A DNA stretch of 64,000 bases. Origin: a virus. The position numbers and the translations under genes are program-made. How positions within the stretch are numbered: the stretch's first letter is position 1; each line of letters begins with the position of its first letter. The notes under the pieces were generated by a model. It was not told the DNA's origin. It saw only the letters and a list, made by a program, of their open reading frames with translations, and made no database searches. Shown in pieces: positions 8,926 through 18,714 of the stretch. The DNA is taken from UHGV virus genome UHGV-0307316; one strand, given 5' to 3'.

Positions 8926-9549
8926 TTAAATCAGTGTTTCCAGAACTGTCTTCAGTGATGACTTGGTTGTCTGATAAAAATGAGTAAATCCATTGTTGTT
9001 ATCGAATATCTGCATCATGATATCATCACCCTTGATTGGGTAAACTCGGATATCATAGTGAAAACCATTAAAGACACAAGAGCCATTACAGAATGCACTA
9101 AAGTCATCAACTGAGATATACTCTTCATGTCCTGTGATTTTTATACAAACGCCTTTACTCGGTCTCTTAGGGTTGATATCTTCCATCACAGACATACTCT
9201 GTCCACCAAGAGATACCATAGTGACCACTTTACGGTTCTTCTGTTTAAAGTACATCTTAACTTTCTGCAAAGTGTCTTCATAGAATGGATAAGACTTCTC
9301 TACAAAGATTCCTTCAAGTGGCTCTTTACCATTTTCAACTTCTCGGTTATGCCGTACTGCAAAGATAATTTGTTCGAACCAGTCAAGATTTTCTTCGGAG
9401 AGTGCTTCCCGAACATCCTTCCAGTCAAGTACTAAGTAGTTACCTTCAACTTCTTTTAAGTTATCTTTTTCCATATCTATCACACCATTATCGTAAAACT
9501 TGATATTCTGGTACTGCGAATTTATTACTATTATTCTTGATGAGGTCAT
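8926..9549 (-). CDS. hypothetical protein (207 aa)
   Basis: Long ORF, last gene of minus block before terminator at 8886-8913. Confidence 0.55.
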   Translation of the reverse strand: MTSSRIIVINSQYQNIKFYDNGVIDMEKDNLKEVEGNYLVLDWKDVREALSEENLDWFEQIIFAVRHNREVENGKEPLEGIFVEKSYPFYEDTLQKVKMYFKQKNRKVVTMVSLGGQSMSVMEDINPKRPSKGVCIKITGHEEYISVDDFSAFCNGSCVFNGFHYDIRVYPIKGDDIMMQIFDNNNGFTHFYQTTKSSLKTVLETLI

Positions 9550-9952
9550 CCTCTGAAACTAAAAATGTAATACCACATAAGTGTCTGTAACGACTATCAT
9601 ACTCGAATATCTTAAACAGATATTTACCATCATGATAAACCTGTTGCACTTCACCTTCTGCAACAATCTCGCCTGTAATAAAATTTTTTAGTTTATACAC
9701 ATTACCAACCTTAGGTACTGTTTTCATCTCAGGCTCTTTTAGTGCTACACCTATTTTTACATCACCGAGTAAATGAGAACTCTCAAAAGCTACGTGTTTC
9801 ATATAGGCTTCTGAGCATTCCCAAATAAAACAATGTACAAGAACCTTAGCAGCATGTCTTGAGCAGTTCAACTTATCACAAATTTCTGTGTACATCTCAT
9901 CTTTAGTAGAATTGTCAAGCATTGCTCTTTGCACTACTTCTTTAATTTTCAT
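9488..9952 (-). CDS. hypothetical protein
   Basis: ORF in co-directional tightly packed block. Confidence 0.55.
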   Translation of the reverse strand: MKIKEVVQRAMLDNSTKDEMYTEICDKLNCSRHAAKVLVHCFIWECSEAYMKHVAFESSHLLGDVKIGVALKEPEMKTVPKVGNVYKLKNFITGEIVAEGEVQQVYHDGKYLFKIFEYDSRYRHLCGITFLVSEDDLIKNNSNKFAVPEYQVLR

Positions 9953-10370
9953 AAGCTCTCCGAATAACCCTATTAAGCATCTCTAAAGTCAGCTTTCCAG
10001 ATTCTAAATGTGGCATAACAAGCTTTAAAGCTTTTTCAACATCATGCACAACATCTATTATACCTTCCGCGTAGGCTTCTACAAGGATATCTTTTACATT
10101 TTGTGATTTACCTTTTTGTGGTATCACTAGACGCATATCAAACTCATTTGCTTGAGGATGGTTCTTACCACGCCAGAAACCGTCCTTATCAAAGCTTATA
10201 AAGTTATCCTCATTAAAATTAATACCACAAACCTTAAACTTATCTAAAACTATGCAGTTGAGAGGGTAATCATCACTTGCATCATTCATTCCAAGAAACT
10301 TAACAGTAGTTATATACCTCTGTGTCTTTGCATCTACAACGTCAAGCTCTTTACCTATAAGTTCTTTCAT
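9942..10370 (-). CDS. hypothetical protein
   Basis: ORF in co-directional block. Confidence 0.55.
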   Translation of the reverse strand: MKELIGKELDVVDAKTQRYITTVKFLGMNDASDDYPLNCIVLDKFKVCGINFNEDNFISFDKDGFWRGKNHPQANEFDMRLVIPQKGKSQNVKDILVEAYAEGIIDVVHDVEKALKLVMPHLESGKLTLEMLNRVIRRAYEN

Positions 10371-10423
10371 TTCGCTACCTTCTAAGTTCCTACAAAGGGG
10401 CTATCAAGTAACCCCTCAAGTTA

Positions 10424-10648
10424 TTACTCAGATTTTTCAGTCTTCTTATCAGATTTCTTACTAGTCTTCTTCTCAGCTTTCTGTTCAGGCTCCTTCTCAG
10501 AAGTTGCCTTAATAACCATATCAAGAAGCTCTGATAAGTCACTCTTCAGAAGTGTTACAGGCTGCTCGTTGTAGAAGTTTTTGTCAAGATAAACTTTGAA
10601 TTCTTCTATAGAAGGAAATCCAAAAATTGGTACAGGTGTCTTAATCAT
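10424..10648 (-). CDS. hypothetical protein, Lys/Glu-rich C-terminus
   Basis: ORF. Confidence 0.5.
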   Translation of the reverse strand: MIKTPVPIFGFPSIEEFKVYLDKNFYNEQPVTLLKSDLSELLDMVIKATSEKEPEQKAEKKTSKKSDKKTEKSE

Positions 10649-10724
10649 TACTTAGTCTCTCCATAGGCATCTTTTAAGATTGCCTTGTTAATCATTTCAG
10701 CGATTGCAAAACGAACACATACAG

Positions 10725-11258
10725 CTATAATTGTAGGTTGCATTCTTTACTTACCTCTTCAAGTTTAACCTCAGAATCCTTAAGTCGTTTCTTATGAACT
10801 CTGAACCTCATTAGTGAAATGATGATACCAGCTAAAGGAACAGCATACAAGTACCAAACATCATGTACCTTTGCAGTAATCTGTGTAATGGTCAAGTCTT
10901 GAGCTATACAACTGATTGCTGATACTGTCAGTAACATTGCTAAGAAGAACGCCAGTACCATAACAATACTTAGGCAGCCTCTGGCATGGTGTTCATGCTT
11001 AATACACTTGTTCTTTTCGTCAACAACCCTGTTGTAGTCGTTTGTAAAGTCTCTGTAGAAAGCTTTCAAGTACTCTTGACTGTAGCCCTCAAAGCAACCT
11101 GTACCGTACCAATAATCACCACCAAAATGTGCTATGATACCGGTATCTCCATTCGGTTTGGTTACTCTTAGTGAAGTATGATGACCAGTCTTCTGATAAT
11201 CTATCTTGTATCTTTCTTCGTAAATCATTTCCCAACCCCTCTCAATCGTTTGTTCCAC
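10725..11258 (-). CDS. hypothetical membrane protein
   Basis: ORF; two hydrophobic helices in C-terminal half. Confidence 0.55.
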   Translation of the reverse strand: MEQTIERGWEMIYEERYKIDYQKTGHHTSLRVTKPNGDTGIIAHFGGDYWYGTGCFEGYSQEYLKAFYRDFTNDYNRVVDEKNKCIKHEHHARGCLSIVMVLAFFLAMLLTVSAISCIAQDLTITQITAKVHDVWYLYAVPLAGIIISLMRFRVHKKRLKDSEVKLEEVSKECNLQL

Positions 11259-11443
11259 TCAAGGTCAACAAGCCTTTGCAGGACTTTACCTCTAGGTGTT
11301 ACACCTTTTAAATCTGCATCGTAGCAACGGTAAAAGTCACCTTCAGCGTGTTTACCGTAGCATTTTCTGATATTCTGGCTCCTACGATACTGCTCTAACA
11401 GGGACAGTTTGTAGTAGTCTTCAACTGTAGTTAGTTTTTTCAT
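11225..11443 (-). CDS. hypothetical protein
   Basis: ORF. Confidence 0.45.
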   Translation of the reverse strand: MKKLTTVEDYYKLSLLEQYRRSQNIRKCYGKHAEGDFYRCYDADLKGVTPRGKVLQRLVDLEWNKRLRGVGK

Positions 11444-11526
11444 TCTTTTACCATGTCTCTTATCTAGAAACTAAAAAGGGAACTACCTCTCGATAGCTCC
11501 CATCATAATCAGTGTTGTATACTCGG

Positions 11527-12108
11527 TCAAGAGTATTTTTTAGGCAGCAATGCACTGCGCTTGTTACTCTCTTCACTCAATAGTGCAATGAAATCATCAC
11601 TTTTACCTTTCCACGGGCTGAATGAAGGGATATGTTCGCGGATAGCCTCAATCACTGTTTTAAGTGCTGTGTTCTTCATCCACCAATCAGAATCTGCTGA
11701 TGCTACCACGTAGTATCCACCGTCATCAGTTAAAATTGGCTCTGAAATACATGGTGAAATCAAAGTGGTGATGATTGAACCGTTGTTCATGTAGTATGTG
11801 CGCTTCATAACCTTTTCAAGAAGCTTGTGAAGGTCACCAAACAGTGTTACAAGTTCTTTGTGGTCGATGTCTTTTTCGAGGCTTGCTCGGTACTTCAATA
11901 GTGCGGCATCAACCTCTCTGTCATTGAACTTGAAATATTGAACTTCTTCAACAAGGCAAACACTGATGTTGTTAACATTCATAGTCAACTTACAAACTTT
12001 TACAGGAGAGTTGATATTTGGTTGAAAAAGTGCAATACACCCTTCAATATTTCCAAAATGCTGTACCAGTGTTACTTGTGGAGTGATATTCTGTTGCTCT
12101 TCGGACAT
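11527..12108 (-). CDS. hypothetical protein
   Basis: ORF. Confidence 0.55.
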   Translation of the reverse strand: MSEEQQNITPQVTLVQHFGNIEGCIALFQPNINSPVKVCKLTMNVNNISVCLVEEVQYFKFNDREVDAALLKYRASLEKDIDHKELVTLFGDLHKLLEKVMKRTYYMNNGSIITTLISPCISEPILTDDGGYYVVASADSDWWMKNTALKTVIEAIREHIPSFSPWKGKSDDFIALLSEESNKRSALLPKKYS

Positions 12109-12452
12109 TACAGGTTCCTCATTAAATACTTTTTAAGTTGTGTGTTTGGTTTCTCAAAAACTTCTATAGAAGATATCTTTACAGATTCACCACGCATACC
12201 AGTATGTTTGAATATATAGTACTCTAACATCCCTATGTACTTTGCTGGCAAGTCATACTTGACATACACCGTTACAGAATCTTCAAACTCAACAACCTTT
12301 GTACCATCTTTGTAGTTAAACTCTTTAGGATGGTTGTAGTTGTCTATATCGTACATTAAAAAGAGTCTTTTCCGTTGCATATCAAGCTTATTGGTTAAAG
12401 ACTCTTTGATATCTGAGAAGTTTTTGTACACTGTGACATGGAGCTTACTCAT
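12108..12452 (-). CDS. hypothetical protein
   Basis: ORF, start/stop coupled with neighbours. Confidence 0.55.
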   Translation of the reverse strand: MSKLHVTVYKNFSDIKESLTNKLDMQRKRLFLMYDIDNYNHPKEFNYKDGTKVVEFEDSVTVYVKYDLPAKYIGMLEYYIFKHTGMRGESVKISSIEVFEKPNTQLKKYLMRNL

Positions 12453-12738
12453 CGTTAAACTCTCTGACGAAGAAATAGTTGACTTTATTATTACCTACCA
12501 TAAGGTCAAAGCAGGTGTTCTCAAAAGGCTTGTTGTAGGCATCATATGAAGTGTACGTATCAGCTACTTGCTTAGTAGTGAGCTTTTTACTTGATGGATT
12601 TAAGAGGCCACCATACAGTTTCTTGATAGCCTCTTCTACAACAGACCAGATGATTTCGTCAGTAATTTCTTCGTACAGGTCAAGTTCACGCTCTAGTGAG
12701 AAGTCACAAATTGGGAAAATAACCTGTACTTTACTCAT
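12445..12738 (-). CDS. hypothetical protein
   Basis: ORF. Confidence 0.5.
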   Translation of the reverse strand: MSKVQVIFPICDFSLERELDLYEEITDEIIWSVVEEAIKKLYGGLLNPSSKKLTTKQVADTYTSYDAYNKPFENTCFDLMVGNNKVNYFFVREFNDE

Positions 12739-13133
12739 TAACGAATAACCTGTGAGACTTGAATTGCTTCAGTTACTGATAAGTCACCCACTTTCTCTTC
12801 TTTGATAAAAGTGAAGGTGAGTTCAACAGGCTCTTGCTCTTCTTGCTCAACAGGAACACCATTAAGCTCATCAAAGATTGATTGAGTTGTCCAGTCTTCT
12901 CCACCATCTGGGTAGTGGATGGCATAAAGAGGAAACTCTAAATTATACCAAGCAAAAACAGGGCAACCATCTACATCATCTCGGCATCTGTGGAGATATG
13001 TGTTTGTACCTTCAAAATGCAAATGTAGATTACCATTCTTCTCAAAGAGAATAGCATCTTGCAGGTCTAATTCCTCATTTTCGCTGTAACGGCTGACATC
13101 AACTTTAACGTGAATATGACTGTTATTATTCAT
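12738..13133 (-). CDS. hypothetical protein
   Basis: ORF. Confidence 0.55.
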   Translation of the reverse strand: MNNNSHIHVKVDVSRYSENEELDLQDAILFEKNGNLHLHFEGTNTYLHRCRDDVDGCPVFAWYNLEFPLYAIHYPDGGEDWTTQSIFDELNGVPVEQEEQEPVELTFTFIKEEKVGDLSVTEAIQVSQVIR

Positions 13134-13524
13134 AAAAACCTCTCTCTGCTTGTTCGATTTTCGCTTTTAGAACTTCACACCGTTCAATGTGATATCTGGC
13201 TTCATTCTCATGTGTCGCCAAAGTTCTTTCAAGAATGGTTTTATAGTAACCTGCAAGCTGCTCTCTTGTCAATGGGTTCTCTGAAATAATATCGAGACCA
13301 CTTTCACCCAGAGTATTAAACTGCCCATGTTCATTTACATGATAAGTCTCAAACTTGAATAAACCGTTATTAGCAGCCTCAATAGGTGAGAGTTCAACCA
13401 ACTCAACGGTGAACATTGTATGCACCCTATCACCAACTGTAACAATGTTACTTCCAATGATGCGTACAAGCGAACCATTACGAGTGTACTTAAAAGTCCC
13501 AAAGTCACTAGCCCAAAGCTTCAT
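13126..13524 (-). CDS. hypothetical protein
   Basis: ORF. Confidence 0.55.
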   Translation of the reverse strand: MKLWASDFGTFKYTRNGSLVRIIGSNIVTVGDRVHTMFTVELVELSPIEAANNGLFKFETYHVNEHGQFNTLGESGLDIISENPLTREQLAGYYKTILERTLATHENEARYHIERCEVLKAKIEQAERGFYE

Positions 13525-13538
13525 AGTTTTCTCCTTAG

Positions 13539-13565
13539 AAAATAAAAAAGGCTCCCGAAGGAGCC
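13539..13565 (-). terminator. rho-independent terminator downstream of endolysin gene
   Basis: GGCTCC-CGAA-GGAGCC hairpin with T-run on minus strand. Confidence 0.6.
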
Positions 13566-13575
13566 TATGAAGATA

Positions 13576-14040
13576 TTACTTTGGATATACGCTGTCAAGA
13601 TAAATATCAGCTTCCATTCTACGTCTGTTTTTCAGACCGTTTGAAGTGACCTTCTTACCTTTGACTGTAACCTTGTTCCACCACTGCATAGCTTCTGCAC
13701 AACCTACCTTATTACCAGCATTGTGGCGCTTGATAAATGTAGAATCCTGCATAGCTGTGATACCGATGTTGTATGTTTCACTTACAAGTGCATCGAACTC
13801 ATTCTGAGAAGTTGGAACCTTGATAGATTTGTTCACTGCTGCGACAAACTTTTCAACATCTGCAAGAAGATACTGTTCAGCCTGTTCAGCAGTAATTTTC
13901 ATACCCATCTTAACAGGTTTTCCGTCAATACGGATTGTACCATACCCGATTGTTGGGATTCCGGCAGAGTCTTCGTAAGCCTCTAACTTCAGACCTTCAA
14001 AGAACTTAATAGCTTCTAAACCTTTTCTTGAGAGTTGCAT
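13576..14040 (-). CDS. endolysin, GH24 lysozyme family
   Basis: N-terminal EGLKLEAYEDSAGIPTIGYG catalytic motif and FDALVSETYNIG motif typical of T4/lambda-type lysozymes. Confidence 0.85.
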   Translation of the reverse strand: MQLSRKGLEAIKFFEGLKLEAYEDSAGIPTIGYGTIRIDGKPVKMGMKITAEQAEQYLLADVEKFVAAVNKSIKVPTSQNEFDALVSETYNIGITAMQDSTFIKRHNAGNKVGCAEAMQWWNKVTVKGKKVTSNGLKNRRRMEADIYLDSVYPK

Positions 14041-15173
14041 TATGCCTCCCCTGCTGGGTTAACTGTAACTGTTGCCGCATTAGATGTTACAGAGCCACCT
14101 GCACCAGTAACTACACAAGTGTAGCTTCCTGCATCAGCAGCAGTTGCACCTTCTTTGGTGTAAGTTGCAGTAGTTGCGTCTAGGATGTTTTCCTCACCCT
14201 TCTTCCACTGATAACCTGTTGCACCAGTAGCCACAACATTCAGCGTTAAGGTCTCACCTTCGGTGATTTCTTGATTGGTTGGCTGCTGAGTGATAACTGG
14301 CAAAGCATTTACCGTGATTGTTGCAGGGTTAGAAGTAACAGAACCTCCAGCACCAGTTACAACACAAGTATATGAGCCTGCATCTGCTGGCAGTGCACCA
14401 GACTTGCTATAGGTAGCGTTTGTAGCTGAAGGGATGTCAGAGCCATCTTTCTTCCACTGGTAACCTGTTGCACCTGTTGCAGTCACTGATAGACTGATGT
14501 TTCCACCTTCATTAATGGTCTGGCTAGAAGGTTGCTGTGTAATCACAGGCAGTGCGTTAACAGTAACCGTTGCTGCATCTGAGGTGACACTTGTTCCACC
14601 CTCTCCAGATACAACACAAGTGTATGAACCAGCATCAGAAGGTGCTACGGATTGTTTTGTGTAAGTTGCAGAAGTGGCACTGGAGATGTCCTCACCATCC
14701 TTCTTCCACTGATATCCAGTGGCGTTAGTTGCTAGAACACTTAAAGTAAGTGTGCCACCCTCATTGACTGTTTGGCCTGTTGGTTGCTGAGTAATTACTG
14801 GTGGCTTAATAGCATCCTTCAGCTTAGCATTCAACATTGAGAACGGCTTAACTCTTGCCAGCCATTCACAATACACTGTGTCAACGTCTTTACCATTGAT
14901 GATTGCATACTGTAAATCCATGAAGAAATCAGCAGTCCTCATCTGTGCACCAACACTGTAAAGGAGTTCATCACTAAAAGGAACTTTGTAGTCTGGTTTG
15001 TAGTCAAACTTCGCAACCTCTGCAATATCAGCTTCAGGCCAATATGAGCTATAGGTGAGTGGTAAAATAGCTTCTTGATATGTTCTAAAATCATATCTCT
15101 TACCAGCCTTTACATTTGCAACGAAGCCCTTTACAAATTCTTTGAAGTCTGGGTAAGTCTTTGCTTTAATCAT
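14040..15173 (-). CDS. protein with three tandem Ig-like domains
   Basis: Three about 88-aa repeats (PVITQQP..NEGG..ATGATGYQWKKDG..AGSYTCVV..TVN); N-terminal 120 aa paralogous to upstream gene. Confidence 0.7.
   Translation of the reverse strand: MIKAKTYPDFKEFVKGFVANVKAGKRYDFRTYQEAILPLTYSSYWPEADIAEVAKFDYKPDYKVPFSDELLYSVGAQMRTADFFMDLQYAIINGKDVDTVYCEWLARVKPFSMLNAKLKDAIKPPVITQQPTGQTVNEGGTLTLSVLATNATGYQWKKDGEDISSATSATYTKQSVAPSDAGSYTCVVSGEGGTSVTSDAATVTVNALPVITQQPSSQTINEGGNISLSVTATGATGYQWKKDGSDIPSATNATYSKSGALPADAGSYTCVVTGAGGSVTSNPATITVNALPVITQQPTNQEITEGETLTLNVVATGATGYQWKKGEENILDATTATYTKEGATAADAGSYTCVVTGAGGSVTSNAATVTVNPAGEA
14062..14830 (-). repeat. three tandem about 265-bp coding repeats (Ig-like domains)
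   Basis: Repeated protein units in 14040-15173 product; boundaries approximate. Confidence 0.6.
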
Positions 15174-15541
15174 TTCTTTTTAGCCTCTAAACGTGCGTTT
15201 AATCTAAAATAGCCTTTGTGTTGTGGAGACACATCACCAACAACGATACCTTCAACCTTATAACCTTTACCGATTACATACTGGATATCCATAAGAAATG
15301 TACCAAGTCCGACAATGTGGAACATTGGGTACAATAACTTATCTGAATCTGGGAGATTAATATCTGGGATGTAGGTAGGTTGTTTACTAGTGGGTGTGAT
15401 ATCTTCTTCAGGCCATTTGCTAAGTCTCCATGTTAAAGGTGATGCAATAACATCATTAAGATTATATCTCTCACCTTTCTCCACAGAATTAATATAGGAT
15501 TGTAGGAAGCAATAAAAGTCTTTTGCACTCTTAGCCTTCAT
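15170..15541 (-). CDS. hypothetical protein, paralog of N-terminal domain of Ig-like protein
   Basis: Clear sequence similarity to residues 1-120 of the 14040-15173 product. Confidence 0.6.
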   Translation of the reverse strand: MKAKSAKDFYCFLQSYINSVEKGERYNLNDVIASPLTWRLSKWPEEDITPTSKQPTYIPDINLPDSDKLLYPMFHIVGLGTFLMDIQYVIGKGYKVEGIVVGDVSPQHKGYFRLNARLEAKKK

Positions 15542-15588
15542 TAAATATCCTTATAAATAGATAAAGGGGCATTAGCCCCTGTTTATAC

Positions 15589-16179
15589 TTAAGCTTTGGT
15601 CTTAAGTAGGTTTTTAAGCTTTTTGAGATTCATGCTCTCGTCAAACTTAAAACCAAATCCATTGACATAATCAATGAACTCGGATTTCTTGCTAAGTGAT
15701 AATGCGTAACTCATATCAAAGTTATTACTTGTTTCTGCGTCTGGACTAGAGTTCACATCAAATGAAATCTCTGTAGGCTCTTGCTTGCTACTTCTCATAT
15801 TGTCAATCAATAGACAGGTATAGTTCGCTGGATAGAAGTTAACACTCCCATCAACATACCCATACTTATTATTATGAATAAGGTTTGAAAATACCTTAAG
15901 AAATGTTTCTGAGTCGTGGCATACAAGTTTGAATTGACTGCATTCCCCAAGAGCCACTAAAGAGTAAGGGCTTTCACTATCAATGTCATAGTTTGGATTT
16001 GATGTTGTAACCGTCACACGCATCAAGTTATTAGCGATAGTCTTCTGCTTGAAAGAATTTGGGACATAGTGAAGACCTCTATCACACTGATTAACTAACT
16101 CTTTAAGTAGGTCGTTTGCATATGGTGAATTAATTGATACAGAGCCATCACTATTATAATTAAAACTTACTGTTAACAT
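15589..16179 (-). CDS. hypothetical protein
   Basis: ORF. Confidence 0.55.
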   Translation of the reverse strand: MLTVSFNYNSDGSVSINSPYANDLLKELVNQCDRGLHYVPNSFKQKTIANNLMRVTVTTSNPNYDIDSESPYSLVALGECSQFKLVCHDSETFLKVFSNLIHNNKYGYVDGSVNFYPANYTCLLIDNMRSSKQEPTEISFDVNSSPDAETSNNFDMSYALSLSKKSEFIDYVNGFGFKFDESMNLKKLKNLLKTKA

Positions 16180-16406
16180 TTTTCAGTTCTCCTGCGATTT
16201 ATGATTTTGCTGCAATAGAGAAACGAAGTAAACTCACTGGAAGAAACCATTAAGTGTTGTTCACTAGATTGAGCCATTGCCCTGAAATACATTCCAGTCA
16301 AAGCATCGTAGTGACTATTCTTTCCAATTGAGGTTATATAGCCATGACTCTTTGCAGTTTTATATAAATCTATAATATCTGCGATTTCTAATTGGGAACT
16401 ACACAT
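16173..16406 (-). CDS. hypothetical protein
   Basis: ORF. Confidence 0.45.
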   Translation of the reverse strand: MCSSQLEIADIIDLYKTAKSHGYITSIGKNSHYDALTGMYFRAMAQSSEQHLMVSSSEFTSFLYCSKIINRRRTEKC

Positions 16407-16570
16407 AGATAATCCTCTTGTCTTCTGTAATTTTGAAAGAACAGGTACAGACCAATTTCAGAGGATGAATAGTAGAGTAACTCTACCCTTTTTGATTCCT
16501 TACAGTGATTGGTATTTTTACCTTTCTTCGGGTTGTTTGATTTTCTCATTAAGTCTCCTTTGTAGAACAA
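16388..16570 (-). CDS. hypothetical small basic protein
   Basis: ORF at cutoff length, first gene of minus block. Confidence 0.35.
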   Translation of the reverse strand: MFYKGDLMRKSNNPKKGKNTNHCKESKRVELLYYSSSEIGLYLFFQNYRRQEDYLCVVPN

Positions 16571-16798
16571 GGCAGACCTACAGCTTTAAGTAAGATGGTA
16601 CAGTAATCCATACAACAAGTCAAGAACTATTGCAAGTTAAAAAAGTTGTTGACAAAGTACTTGACAAGGTGTAGGCTTATAAATACTTAGAAGATAACTT
16701 AAAAGGTTCCTCTAAAAAGGCTATTTAAACAGATATCTTTCTGGATATCTATCTTTTATCTTAAAAGCCTTTTAAGAGGTCTTATAAGAGGCATACCA

Positions 16799-17170
16799 AT
16801 GAAAAACAGAACAAACAAAGGCCAGTTTAAAAAAGGCCAGTCTGGAAACCCATCTGGAAGACCAAAAGGCTCTCGTAACAAAAGCTCACTTGTAAAAGCT
16901 CAACTGACCATTGATAATTCTGCTGAGTTTGCTGCAAAGTTGTTTGAGGCGGTTGTTACAAGGGATGCTGCTAAGCTTGCAGAGTTCGGTTTGACGACTG
17001 ACGATGTAAACCTGAAGTCGATGATGGAGGCTGGTAAAACCATCATGACTCACTCAGCAGGTGAGATGAAAGCGATTGCAGCAGACACTAAGAAGACCCC
17101 TGATAATGGTGGTCAGTCTCAGACAGATAACAAACCAACGTTCTCTGCTGTAGCGACTCTCAAAAAATAA
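16799..17170 (+). CDS. hypothetical protein with basic Gly/Pro/Lys-rich N-terminus
   Basis: ORF; N-terminal KGQSGNPSGRPKG motif suggests nucleic-acid binding. Confidence 0.5.
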   Translation: MKNRTNKGQFKKGQSGNPSGRPKGSRNKSSLVKAQLTIDNSAEFAAKLFEAVVTRDAAKLAEFGLTTDDVNLKSMMEAGKTIMTHSAGEMKAIAADTKKTPDNGGQSQTDNKPTFSAVATLKK

Positions 17171-17251
17171 TTTTAAAAGGTGTTGACAGACTCTACAAAG
17201 TTGCTCTAAAGTCTGTCACATCAACAAACAAATGAGAGAAGAGAGTAAAAT

Positions 17252-18667
17252 ATGAGCGAATTATTTAAACATGCGCACCTTCATGCAGGTCGAACTGAAA
17301 ATGGTGCTGTAAACCATACTTCATCAATGTCTGCTCTTGTAGACTTTTACAAAGCTGCTGGTTCAAGCCGTAGCAACGTAGAAATCTTACCAGACCTGTT
17401 CTACAAAGCTTTGCGTGAGGATGTTGATGTTGCAGTTCGTATTTTGCTTCATATGCGAGATGTACGAGAAGGTATGGGTGAGCGTAAAGCCTTCAGAACT
17501 GTTTTACTTCAAGCGATTGAAGACAAAGTTTTAGAGCCTACGCAGGTTCTTCGCATTATGGATAAGATTGCAGAACTTGGTCGTTTTGATGACTTCAAAA
17601 TCTTCGTAGGTACTCGTTTCGAGACAGATGCCTTCAAACATCTAGAAGCAGCATTACTAGACCCTGCAACAGCAGGTTTGGCGGCTAAGTGGTTACCACG
17701 AGTCAAACCACGTCATAAGCAGTTTGTAAAACGTTTCTGCAAGTTTGCCAACTTGAGTGAGAAAGAGTACCGCACACTGTTGTCTGCACTATCTGATACA
17801 GTTGAGCAAAAAATCTCTGCTAATGAGTTTGGTAAGATTGACTACAGTAAGATTCCTTCACTTGCTGCTGCACGTTACCAAAAACTGTTTAACCGCAAAG
17901 ATGGAGAACGCTACAAAGCTTACATCGAGTCCTTATCAAAGGGTGAGACTAAGATTAATGCTGGTGCTGTTTACCCATACGATGTAATTAAATCTGTTAA
18001 GCATGGTAATGCAGATGTTGCTAATGAGCAGTGGAAAGCACTACCAAACTGGATGGCAGAGGGTGAAAACATCTTGTGTATGTCTGATGTTTCAAGCTCA
18101 ATGTCTTGGGTGAATTTTGGTTCAATTACTGCTCTTGATATTGGTGTTTCACTTGCATTGTATGTAGCAGAACGTAATACAGGTTGCTTTAAGAATGAGT
18201 TGATGGTTTATTCAACAAACCCTCACTTCATCGAACTGAGTGGTGATTTACGAAACCGTCATCGTCAGGTGATGCGACACGTTGAATATGGCTCAACTAA
18301 CTTACAAGCAGCTTTTGACCGCATTCTTGAGATAGGTAAGAGAAACAACTTGACTCAGAAAGATATGCCAAGTAAGCTTATCATCTTCTCCGATATGGAG
18401 TTCAATCAGGTTGATGGGGCTAACGGTCGTACAAACTTTGAAGCAATTCAGAGTAAGTACAAAAAAGCTGGATACGAAATGCCTCAACTGGTATTCTGGT
18501 ACTTAGCAAACCGTAATGGTACTTGCGAAGTGTCTGTTAAGGATAACGGTGTAGCAATTGTATCTGGTTTTTCTCCAGCTACTTTAAAAGCTCTGCTTGG
18601 TGGTGAGAAGTTTGACCCAATCAGCGTAATGCTCAAAGCAGTAATGATTGACCGTTATATCTGGTAA
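17252..18667 (+). CDS. vWA/MIDAS-domain protein with N-terminal helical domain (candidate Ro60/Rsr-like RNA-binding protein)
   Basis: C-terminal 190 aa has a MIDAS-like DVSSSMS motif; N-terminal 270 aa predicted helical; GAGAG RBS; lies directly upstream of tRNA array. Confidence 0.65.
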   Translation: MSELFKHAHLHAGRTENGAVNHTSSMSALVDFYKAAGSSRSNVEILPDLFYKALREDVDVAVRILLHMRDVREGMGERKAFRTVLLQAIEDKVLEPTQVLRIMDKIAELGRFDDFKIFVGTRFETDAFKHLEAALLDPATAGLAAKWLPRVKPRHKQFVKRFCKFANLSEKEYRTLLSALSDTVEQKISANEFGKIDYSKIPSLAAARYQKLFNRKDGERYKAYIESLSKGETKINAGAVYPYDVIKSVKHGNADVANEQWKALPNWMAEGENILCMSDVSSSMSWVNFGSITALDIGVSLALYVAERNTGCFKNELMVYSTNPHFIELSGDLRNRHRQVMRHVEYGSTNLQAAFDRILEIGKRNNLTQKDMPSKLIIFSDMEFNQVDGANGRTNFEAIQSKYKKAGYEMPQLVFWYLANRNGTCEVSVKDNGVAIVSGFSPATLKALLGGEKFDPISVMLKAVMIDRYIW

Positions 18668-18685
18668 AAAGTTTTAAAAAGGGTA

Positions 18686-18714
18686 TTGACAATGTGTTTG
18701 ATACCCTTTAATAT
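18686..18714 (+). promoter_or_regulatory. sigma70-like promoter upstream of tRNA array
   Basis: TTGACA-N17-TAATAT; overlaps IR GGGTAT/ATACCC. Confidence 0.55.
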
